DNA from: Marsupella aquatica
Lineage: Eukaryota; Plantae; Marchantiophyta
Direction of reading: 5' to 3'
DNA length: 64,000 nucleotides
NCBI GenBank assembly: GCA_973895155.1
Contig: OZ316895.1
Location: forward strand, 186,001 to 250,000
The notes below the pieces were generated by a model. It was given only the letters and a program-made list of their open reading frames with translations. It was not told the origin of the DNA and did not search any database. The position numbers were made by a program, and so were the translations under genes. Numbering within the stretch: position 1 is the stretch's first letter; every line of letters starts with the position of its first letter. Positions 1 to 10,482 of this stretch are shown one piece after another.

Positions 1-577
1 GTTCCCAACTGGTACTTGGTACTCCACTCATGGACAGTAGAGCTAACACGATCGGTGGCTCTACCTATTGTGACCTAGTCACTATATTCACATCCGTTGT
101 CTGAATTCTTACATGATTAACTGGTGCTTTAGTTTGTGCTTCAGTTCTTTGGTTCCCAACCACTCGCTGAGGTCTGCAACATTATCCTGCAATCGGATAG
201 ATCAGCTCCATGTCCCAAACAGCCTACACGGAGCACATTCTTTACCAGCAGACTTACAGGACAGTGAATCTCACAACAAGATCAGATCTGTCAAATTGAC
301 CTTTCACATGTAAAAGATCCCAGGCAAGAAGACCGACAATCCGGACTTAAATATTTACATTTCATGATGAAAAGTAACAGCTAACAGAGCAACGACACCA
401 ACGAGAAGGGGACACTTGACACATGTTCTCACTGGTCCCGTTTAAGAGAACTAAATTCTCTAAATGTCCTCCCTAAATTCTCTAAATTTGCATCCCTTTC
501 CGGAGAAAAATGGTCACTCAGACTTGAAGTTACCGTTAGAAATATCCGTTGGCCGGGTCTCAACATGGGAAGAGTTA

Positions 578-880
578 CAATAATAGCACCCGATGGTATT
601 ATTGACACATTACCCTTAAATGACCTCAAATTTTGATAAATGGCTATAATAGCGCCAGGCGCTATTATTGATCTGAACCAAAAATGTACTGCCTCAACAT
701 AATAGCGCCCGACGCTATTATGGAATGACGACTAAAATGACATTTCCTCGTCGAAATACATTAATATTGGTGAACTTCTTGACTTTCTGGATAATATGAG
801 TGTATTTTGACATTTTCAATAATAATAGTGCCAAGCGCTATCAATGTTGAGGACAAATATCTCTCTCATATAGTACTATT
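578..880. repeat. Cluster of short palindromic motifs (AATAGCGCC-N-GGCGCTATT consensus), probable subterminal repeats of a DNA transposon
   Basis: Imperfect palindromes at ~578-604, 647-670, 699-722 and 819-845. They lie upstream of the transposase remnant at 1.5-2.0 kb, and related copies recur at ~59669-59890. Confidence 0.5.
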
Positions 881-1507
881 CTAATGTGAATCCAGCTTTG
901 TAAGACGTTGTAAAAGAAGGAATTTTTCTTGGCGCTACTAATATTTGTTGTTGAAAATCCCGTTAAACTAACGAAAACATTTTATTTTTAATGGTCATCC
1001 ACTGCCATTCTTTTAAGACTTTTCCATTGAATCAACGGTAATTTAATTAAAATTCAAAAAGTTGATATCGTGTTTTCTTTGTTTGAGATGCTTTAGACGC
1101 GGTGAAATAAGAAACTAAAGCTAACACAACACTCTCATTTTACCATTCTGGTCAATGTTATTCGTGATGCAACGTGTAATTAGGGTAAAGTGTCCGATAA
1201 CGGGTGATGTGGTTACCATACCTGTGACTAATGGACCAGGTCGTTAGTGAGAATTATCTTTGCGGAAGGTATGATGTCAAGAGGAAAGACATTGCAAGTT
1301 TAGGAACACTTGCCAAAGGTCCTGCCCATTTTGATTACATTAGTGGAGAGAAATTCTGGGAACTACATGTAGGTGTCGATTACACGCTTTCCCTTTGAGG
1401 AAAAGAAGTGGTTCATGTTAAATTAGAGAAGGAAGTTGCACCGCAGGAAGTCGTCGACCTCACATCTGATGGCAAGGACTCATTCCTTGGATCTCCTTTG
1501 CTGATGA

Positions 1508-2006
1508 ATGTTGGAAACATCAACAAAGAGAGAATGCCATAATTTGGCAGAGCAATCATTTCCAATGCATCAATGTAGCAAGTTGAAGGAACGAGTTCCT
1601 CCTGTTTTTCCAAGATTGAACACGACAAATAGTGGATCTAATATGCTTCTTAAAGCTCCGTCTGTTCCTATCATCTACAGACGAAGCGCTTTAGACGCAC
1701 TTTTGAAATCTTGTCCAGAACAAAGTGAGCTTTCTCGCTTTGTGAGATCAGAGGCTTTCAAGCACGAGCAAGTAGAATTACTTCCAAAAACTTACAATGG
1801 CAATGTCATATTTGAGCTTCCACCTGTCAATTGTGTCAGTTCAAAAGGGAAGCACCTCCTTAACATGGACCGGTCAAAGGATTGCTACCTATGGACTCAA
1901 ATTCTCCCCACTTCAGCCAATGTCTTACCTAAGAAGATGTGGGAGTTTGGCAAAGTCAGTTGTAGCGGATCACTAGAATGTTGAAACAAATCATGCAAGT
2001 TGGCAA
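1508..2006 (+). pseudogene. N-terminal remnant of a MULE-like transposase with a GCM/WRKY-GCM1-type region
   Basis: Translation LPKTYNGNVIFELPP...MDRSKDCYLW...SCSGSLEC*NKSC fits the LPxxxxGxVxFELPP...MD..D..W...CxGxLxCxNxxC pattern. It has an in-frame stop and is cut at ~2006 by a LINE fragment. Confidence 0.55.
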
Positions 2007-3500
2007 TCATGTCATCTCTGATCCAAATCCGAGCACTTGCAGGTATCTCCCTTTCCGTGTCCCATAGAATTCAAGCCAGATCATGTGGGTAAGAGCTGAA
2101 CTCATCTCCCTGGCTATAGTACAGCAGTTGTCCAAAAGATTCTGCAATCTTCCGTCTACATCCTTCTAATACCAAGGCTCGATAGGGGATTTCTATCCAA
2201 ACCGGAAGCTTCATGTATGATTCATTTTTGATATCAAAAGAAGGGTCCCAAGCAAACGTACCGTACACAAAACGACATTCCATAAACCAAGGTGCATAGT
2301 CCAGCGCAACATCCCTATGATCCGGATGAGCAAAAACCACCAAATAAAAGTTCTTGCCCACAAACTTAACCTGCAACACCTGCCAATTCATCTCTTGTAC
2401 CATTGTTTCCTCCACCCACTCTCGAAAGACTGGAAGCAGAGGGGTTCTGTCTGTGAAGAAGCAAAGGATTGCACAATTATACAATTGTCTAGCATTGTTT
2501 GCTACTTCATCCAGGGACCACTCTACTGTGGTAAACAGCTTCTCATGCCAGTCATCCTTGGAGTTCTCTCCAATTTCTTTAAGGATCCGTATGCACTCTT
2601 AAGATGTTTCCTTCGGGGCGTCCTCCAACATTTCCGCATCCATATTGTTCCTCCCCTCAGTGTTAAATCCCCCACTACGTTGTTGTCCCCCCGACCTACC
2701 AGCGGCAATTCCCCCCGTCTGCCTGTATCGATCAGCGGTGCTACCGCCATCTCCAATCACCTGATGTGCTACTGTCACTGGTTGTGCATCCCTACTATGT
2801 TGTGCATTTCTCTCCTATTCCCACTGTTGCTGAGCTAAGTGAAACAATGCAGGCCTAGGTTCGGTCCCTCCATGTGTTCCCTCACCAGACCTTACCTGCG
2901 GTTCAACATATCCAGTGCGCGCATCTTGTGGGGAATACTGCTGCCGGTTGGAACCCAAGCCCCCATAACTGCCCTGAGAAGTAGCATCACTCCTGCCTCC
3001 CGCACAACCTCCCGACCAGCCAGTCCCAACAAGTGAGCTCTCTTGCTGCCCAGCACGCACAGTCCGAGCTCCATATCCTCTTCCACTAGTGTGCCAAGAA
3101 CGCTGGCCACCTTCCCTGGGACCGTAATAATCCATTTCAGAGCAGCCTCTATTCCTACACAAATCGTAATGCACTCAGAAATGTCACGGAGTACCTGCCA
3201 ATGTAAGTCTCACCTAAGGGCGCAATGTCGAAGCCATCCTCTTCTATCAAATGTCCACCAGATTCTTTTCCTTTTCCCTCCCTCCCTTCCTTGTCCCACC
3301 CTGGCTCCTTAATTTCTCCCTCTTACCTTGCCTATACCCTCTTTCCTCCCTCTTACCTATATACCGGCCTTCCCTAAATTGGCGCACCCTCCTCCTTTCC
3401 CCCTCCTTTCCTTGTACCCCACCATCCCCTTTCTCCCTCCTACCCTTGTCCCTCCATCCTCCCTCAATTGGCCCATCCCCTTTTTTCTCCTAAATTACCT
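2007..3500 (-). mobile_element. L1-type LINE ORF1 fragment (DUF4283-like region), degenerate
   Basis: ORF 2071-2484 (LYNCAILCFF...QVKFVGKNFY...PWF...FAWDPSF...LPVWIEIPY) is clearly homologous to LINE ORF1 at 25294-26226. It has frameshifts and a purine-rich 5' part. Confidence 0.75.
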
Positions 3501-3519
3501 TCAATGTCCCTTATTAACT

Positions 3520-4063
3520 TTGCGACCCATTTTGCGAATATGTTTCCTTCGCAATACCTTTGCTAACCTTTTCCGATCTTATAACATTTGCTACTTTCCA
3601 TTCCCATACCCTCGCAATCTTGTGAATTAACCCGCATTGTAAATTTTTGAGCCATACTTCATTGCACAATTTGTTGCCTAAGTCGGGATGATGTTGCGAT
3701 ATTAACTGGTTCACAAATTTGCCATTCATTAATGTTTGCAAACTTGCAATAAAGAACGTTTCACAACGCTCTGAGCGAGGGCCAATGACTGCAAAATGTT
3801 TGAGGTTACTAGGATCGCAAAAGATGTGTGATGGCCAAATGTTCGCAAACGGGCCGAATGGAGATGATATCGCAAAACATTTGCAATTCATAAAGCATCG
3901 CAAATAATTGAGATGGGTTATGCATCGCAAATTGGAGTTTTGATGACATTAGTATCGCTAATTGAGATGTGTGATCAATTGCAAAGTGAGCGATGGACAG
4001 TGTCTTGCATGGCGTTTCAGCGCGACTAAATCGGCTTCACAAAAGGCCAAATATGTAGTAGTG
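3520..4063. mobile_element. CACTA (En/Spm) element end with subterminal repeats
   Basis: Ends ...ATATGTAGTAGTG at 4063 (reverse complement CACTACTACATAT), preceded by many TTGCGA/TCGCAA motifs. The partner end was not found. Confidence 0.65.
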
Positions 4064-4130
4064 ATTTTTCCTGGTAACAATAATTTTTTGCTGGTAACAA
4101 CATATTAAAAACAAGAAACAAATTTCCTGT

Positions 4131-5094
4131 TTACATGTTTCCTGTCTTTGTCGCTATACCCTGATGGAATGGCGATGCAAAGATTGGTAGAAATGAAAAG
4201 CGTATGATCTCTCTTTCTCCAAATTTGGATGGTCTCCAAAGAAAATATTTCTCACCTCCCGCGTGAGACTTATCAACCATGAATCCGTGAATTTTAACAT
4301 CGTCTAACCCATTTTTTGAAGCGACCTCGATCATCAATCTCCAAGTTTTCTCAAGAGATTCAGTGTCCTCCGCTTTCAGCTCACATGTAAATATCGTACA
4401 TAAAGCTCTATAGTTGTGGTCATAAACGTGCTCCGTTCTTTAGACATTCGATTCATGACATCAAAACTCACCCACGCTCCTCCAAGGGGCCCACCATTTT
4501 TCAGAAGTTGCAGTAAATTGACTCCGGATCCATGACCTTTGATTGTCATTTTGAAAATATGAGCTTGGTCCTGCTTACAGCCTTGCCTCGGAAGGAAATA
4601 CCTTTGAACAAATGGGAACCTCATGTTCTTTTGCATTTGAACCAGATATTCAAGGTCTCCTCGCCCAGCCCCCGGCCCAGCCTGATCTTTCCAGACACTC
4701 TTAAACAAGGCAGAGAATTTCTATGGAGTCAAAACAAGCATAAGTGACTGCCAAATCTCAGTCTCTTCCATCTTCAAAATGTCATCGATAAATTCATCTA
4801 CTTAGTGCATCCTTGAAAGATCCAGTTGATTGCATTTTTTACAACACAAGGCGAGGAAGAAGGATTCTTCAAGTGCTCTTTTTGAATCTCTTTGACAACT
4901 ATTTTCTCTGAACTTCTAGACCAAACCTTTTGACATGGATGGTTATGCACACCCATATGGATTGCAAGGTGTGATATATGTTGCACAGTCACCGAATCCA
5001 GCAGAACTTGCGGGTACATGTAGAACAATTTTGTGGGGCAAACAAAATGGGAGTTGAAGAAGACAATAACAACAAACAATCCCCCCTGCATCAA
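4131..5094 (-). pseudogene. MULE-like transposase remnant (zinc-finger and catalytic region)
   Basis: Successive broken frames give CPTKLFY...LAIHMGVHNHP, IFKMTIKGHGSGVNLL...GGPLGGAWVSFD and IHGFMVD, in the order expected for one transposase. Confidence 0.6.
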
Positions 5095-5836
5095 TCAACT
5101 TTCCTATGGTACGCAGACCCCCTCAAGGTCCGATTGGTGGCGGTACCTTAAGTACCCATTATGGTCGTCCCAACTATTTTAGGATAATGAACATGCTTAA
5201 ATACTGCAAACGACAAAATTTTTGGGGTCCGCACATAGAGTTTTTGGTTGCCGGTGTGTCTTTTGTTTTCCTTGCGTTGGGCTAGTGCCTTTTTGGCTTT
5301 TGGGAACTTTTCTTGTTCTCCTTTAAATTGGGTTTTTGGTCTCTAGGATCATGTCTCCCGGTTCAACACCTCCTGCTTTTTGGCAATTTTATATACTAGC
5401 TCCCATACCCCTTCTTTGAACATCAATAGAGATGAGTACCAAAAAGTTCTTGAGACAAAATAGATGGGATAAAGTAATTTAAGAATAATAAAACAAAGGG
5501 AAACTCCACTTGAGGATTTTTTTCATCAAAAGGCAAAACTTGATGGAAAAATGGTGTAAATTTTAACATAAGGACATACTGTATGGCTTGTCAACATGAC
5601 ATACAACAAATGTAGGTTTGGAGTTGTGCTTCATGCCCAATTCATGATACAAGAAGGCAGCGGGCAGCGACAATGCAGAGCCAAGGACAACATTTTGTGA
5701 GTGCTGCAAGGTGGGTTTGCTCTTCTATTCTTGGCTGTCAGTCTGTTATTCACCTGTTATTCACCCCATCTCTTAGTGCATTTTCTTTTGTCTTTGGAAT
5801 CCCTGCTGCGACACGGTCGTAGTAAGCAGAAGAGGT

Positions 5837-6283
5837 AATCTCATCAGTTATTAGTCACTTTCATCAGTCAACTTGATATCAGTTGCCATCTCATCTCAGA
5901 GAGGTTGCCGTGTTGCGGTGCGAGAAAAACAATGAAAAAATAAATCTTGATTTTTTTTCAAAATTTGAGAGGAAAAGTTTTTTTTTTCCGCCATGGGGCA
6001 TCCGTATCATACGGACACCTCATCTCGGCGAGGCAACCGAGATGGGAGAAAAAAATTCCGAGTTTTCGTCTTCTCAATTTTTTTTGGTTGGTTTTTTTCG
6101 GTCCGTACGCTCATCTCGGCGAGGTCAACCAAGATTGAGTCAACCTCAACTGCCCGGCTGACATGCACGGAGTTGCAAAGGCCCATCTCAATTCCTTAAC
6201 TGAGATTCTGAAATTTTTGAGATACATGACATCAACAATTGATATCAATTATCAATTATTAGCCATTGATAACTGGTGATATT
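5837..6283. mobile_element. Possible MITE / foldback element (~447 bp)
   Basis: AATCTCATCAGTTAT (5837) and ATAACTGGTGATATT (6269-6283) are 13/15 inverted matches. A second inverted pair TTGATATCAGTTG / CAATTGATATCAA lies inside, with internal CATCTCGGCGAGG repeats. No clear TSD. Confidence 0.35.
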
Positions 6284-6499
6284 GTGTACATTAGAGTTGA
6301 TCAGGTCCCAGGTTTATGCTGGTTCCGCACTAATTGGAACCGAGATTGAGCTCTTTGACTGTTTGGTTTTAGTGGATGTGGAACACTGTTTTCTGTTCTA
6401 TGGGTCATTTTCGTACATTGTAATTTCCTCCTCTGGGTTGCTTTTTTCTAATCGTAAAATGAGCACTGTCATCATATATTTATGTGTGAAAAATTTCCA

Positions 6500-8092
6500 A
6501 TGTTGCAGGCATCGGTGCAGTATAGTAGCCCAGAAAGACCAAACATTCGTGAAGCTTTGGGTCGCAGGGTAACTGCGTTAAGACGTATTGTTGTCAAGAA
6601 CGCACGAGAAGTGCCCATTGTGGGGACATCTATTGGATATGTTGAAGGTACCTTAAGTCCGTGGCTGGAACCACTAATTTCACATGTAGAGAAAGATGGC
6701 ATGCACTTGCTGTCTCTTGTGGATAATAAGGTGATATTTGTGCACTCCTGTCAGCTTTTGCATCTAGGACGGTTGTCCTTTTCTCTGCATTCATTCGTAG
6801 CCTTTGAGCTGTTCCGTGCGATAGAAAGTCGGGTAGATTGATCAAATATTGGCCTCGTGAAGGGTCGCATTCTCTTTCTTGTATTGCGTAAATAGATGAA
6901 AACAGTACTCAAGTGCCCTTTAGCGTAGATTGGAGACAGGACATGTTTTAGGGTTTCTTCAAACTTCTTTGGAACTGAACGGTGTTTTGTTGATATTGAT
7001 CACAGATTCACGCAGTGAGTGATATTGCAATTGCATATGTACCTTTCGCGGAGAACTTCGTTCCCCAGTTTCAAGCAATCCTATCAGGCCAGGCGATTGA
7101 CACAGCATTAATACTTCTGGATAGGGTGCGTACACGGGGTGTTGTTGGTTCTACTGCAGATATCTGGGTAGACTATGAGCCAATCGTGAAGAGCGAATCC
7201 CTTAAACTTTACAGCTTTGTGATCAGAGTACCTGGCGGACACGGCGCGGTTTCGATTTTGAATGACATTAGCAGTCCCTTGGTGTCTTATGTTGCTGACT
7301 GGTTGGTGACGAACACGGAATTCAAAGACAAGCATGAGATTTCACTTCAGAGAGAAATCTCTCCTTCATATCTAGATTCACCTCGTACACCAAAAACCCC
7401 AAGTCCGGATGAATTAGACTTTAATGCGCTGGCAGCTGAAAGTGATTCCGACGCAGAGCGTTCAAGTGATCCATCCGCCATCGAACCTGTCGAATTACGG
7501 AGGTTGCTCCAAATACTGAAGGAGAGATCGACGTAATTGCAGTCAAGGACGGGGGATCAGCATCGACTGAGAACAAAGGGGTGCCAGAGCTTACCGTGGT
7601 TCACGAACATGAGGAAGAGCAAGATGAACTGGCCGATCTATTCGACACATGGGGAATGGGTGTCAAAGCTACAAGCCCAAGGGGCTTAAATTCGTTGAGG
7701 TACTTATCTTCTCCCTTCTTTCGGAAAACTACTCTACTGGTGGTCGAAGCTGTATGTGTGATTGTCGAGATGTCGTAACTAGTTTAGGTCCTGGAAAGAT
7801 GGGAGCGGTTGAGCCTCTTGAAGCATGGGTTTTGTTAGGCGATTTTCTACCTTCCGTGTTGTGGGGCCTTCACACGATTTGGCGATCTGCGAATAGTCAG
7901 CGAATATTATAGAAGTCGAACTATGAACTCATCACCGAATCTTTGATTTACAAAGTCATCACAACGACATATGACACTAAGCTTTACCCATCGCTTGAAC
8001 TATTGATGTGCAGGTCTTTGTCGTTGCAGGACGAATTTGGATCAAGAAAGCCTCCAGCGAAACCTTCTACCTCATTTTCCTTCCGATTTTAA
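6500..8092 (+). CDS. REF/SRPP (LDAP, lipid-droplet-associated protein)-like gene, divergent; apparent frameshift near 7490
   Basis: Exon ..6730 and exon 7006.. join in phase 0 via a GT-AG intron. The product YVEGTLSPWLEP...LLSLVDNK / RTRGVVGSTADIWVDYEPIVK resembles REF motifs (VEGTV...LLxFVDxKV; GVV...YEP). A second frame runs ~7490-7699, and a possible last exon is 8014-8092. The start is uncertain because 6509 may be an acceptor. Confidence 0.55.
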
Positions 8093-9026
8093 GAAGAAAG
8101 CTCTTAGAGTCTGCTTTGTCAATACGTCTCAATCCCTACACCTGATAAAAGTGGGTACTCCAACTCTATTTGGAATTGTTTTGAAATCTGTAGAAATGAA
8201 TCCCTGTCGTGTTTTTGTAGGTATACTGCTAAGGGCCTGCGTGATTCAAAAACACGATGTTTAGAGTGTATATTTGAAAGGAGATCATAGTATAGTGATC
8301 GATTCATTTGTCCTATCTCGGTGACATGAGGTGAAATCGCATAGATTGTCTTTTGCTTTTATTTGGAAGGAGATGATAGTACAACAACGCCTTCATCTCC
8401 TTTTCATTTGGGGACCTTGGGCTGGACATCGTTGCCGAGCACTACTAATCTGTAAAGATATAGAATCCGGACCACACGGTTTTACATAAGATGTCAAAAC
8501 GCCAAAGTCTGTGATGTACTTTCAGTCCAGTTCCTCCTAAAGTTGGGAGAAATGGAGTCCATTGTAATGTTAAAAAACATGTTTTCCTTGTTTCGGAGAT
8601 GTTGTCTACTGAGAACTTGCCAAGAATAGTGGTTGCCTTGCTTTTTAGACGAGTGAATGTGGTTCATTGAAGTATTCATAGTTTGCTGTGCAGCCTTCGG
8701 TCTCTAGAAGTAGCACCCTCAGGTATCGGGACGCCACTGGAATTATAAGGGCACTCATGTTTCTTCTCATTGGTGGGTTTGTATGGCCAGATCTAATCAG
8801 TAACGTTCCGGGTGAATTTCCATCGCTGAACTTGCAGCGATGATTCATTCTTCTGCTCTTGTATCTGAAGAGTTGAGAAGGATACCATTGGCCCAAAGTT
8901 ATAGAAGAAAGCTGCTTAACGTAAACATTGTCCGCCCCTCATAAAAGTATGTCTAGGAGTGTCGTAGGTGCGTGACATCCTTGTACCAGTCACTCATTGC
9001 TGTGCGAGTCTGTAACTCTTTTCCAG

Positions 9027-10075
9027 GGTCGAAATATGGTTACAGAGCAAAGTTTTGGTTATCGTAAAGTTGGTAGGGATGGTGTGACGGTGGCAGAGGC
9101 CTTTGCAAACTTGCCTACGGATCCTGGTCCTCCTATTTAAACCTCACTGAAATTCCCGTCGTTCTTTCTTCTTTTAAGTATAGATAAATGCGATGTTGGA
9201 GGTCGGAAAGAATCTTTACAACGAACTAGAATTTAGTGGAAGGCACGAAGCTTGACCGAGGTTATATACCTCCTTATTTTATATCAGTTGTTAAGTTCCC
9301 AAAAGTTGTAAGTTTGAAGGAATTGGAGCATGACAGCTTTTGATTTTGGCTTGCTACAGTGTGTTAGCAACACTTGTCAAATGATTTGGACAGATGCCTG
9401 CGTACATCGTAGCACAAAATGCTGGAGTGGAAGGAGCAGTTGTGGTGGGCAAGCTTCTGGAGCGGCAGAGCCTAGAGATTGGATACGATGAGGCAAGAGG
9501 TGTGTGACTTTTCTATGTCTTACTACAAATGATTTCTTCATGTTCTGTTATGATTAGGGAGATGCAGCAGCTGAAAATAACGAGCCGTTGCAGCAGTGGC
9601 ATTGTTGAATTAGTTAAGCAAGTACAGTCGATGAATTTAGTTGTGCCCCTTGCAAGCGGCGTGGTTGGTGTAAAATTTAGAAGGATTCGGCTTTCACTAT
9701 AATTGTTTGTAATTGTAATACAAATTCTGGTGTACCTTGAGTTGTGCAGCATGCAAAAATTTGGGAAAATGCTCTAATACAAACATGCGGAAGTCTTAGT
9801 AGAGAAGGGAAAACCTTTAGAAGAGAGCTCAACTCTGTCCTAGTTAGGTGGATTTGCTTTAGTGAGAATGTGATTTTTGGGGAGTTATCCGTACCTTGGT
9901 TTGATGTGGATGAGTCAACTCTTCTTGATGCCTAGCATTGGATTTGTTTTCGTATTTGGTTTTTACACTCTCAGGTGTAGATGTGGATATGGCCAACGCT
10001 GGCATCATTGATCCAGTGATCACTGAGTTGCCAAACAATGATTCCCCTGCATTTCCATACGGCCAGGACTGCAAA
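9027..10075 (+). pseudogene. CPN60: Mitochondrial chaperonin-60 remnant (three exons)
   Basis: 9027-9101 GRNMVTEQSFGYRKVGRDGVTVAEA; 9394-9499 MPAYIVAQNAGVEGAVVVGKLLE...GYDEAR; 9975-10075 GVDVDMANAGIIDP|VITELP. These match GroEL/HSP60 N- and C-terminal motifs with AG acceptors intact. The middle of the gene and the KV.RTAL..AASV segment are missing. Confidence 0.85.
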
Positions 10076-10482
10076 GTGTATTGGAGTGTGAACGAGCATA
10101 TAGATTCTTTTAGCTACCTGGATATGCCTCTCACAATTATTTCTGTATATTCTAAGACCATTGCATTCTTGACAGATCGCCGTTACTCTCAATTGAAACC
10201 GAGTAATATCGCTTTTGCACGTTTCCGTACCAAATATAGCAGCAGAGCAAGGGAGACAAGAAAATGTATCTTTGGACGGAGTTCTAGCCGAAGAACCAGG
10301 GACTTACCGGTCTGCCATCCTGTTGTTAGCGTTTTATTGTAGAAATATGGTCTTGACTGCAGAAACAAATCAAAGACAATTCATTGCACCTCGTGGAGCC
10401 GCTTGCATTTTGTGCTGATCGATCTGATCGTGGGTTGTGGTGCTCACAGAGGAAGCCCAGAACACCTGAGTTTATTCATAAG

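Noticed and set aside
1-420. Possible minus-strand exon near 112-187
   Set aside because: Splice-like signals are present but no recognisable product.
8440-8505. Possible further CPN60 exon (KDIESG resembling KDIKFG)
   Set aside because: Match too short and broken to support.
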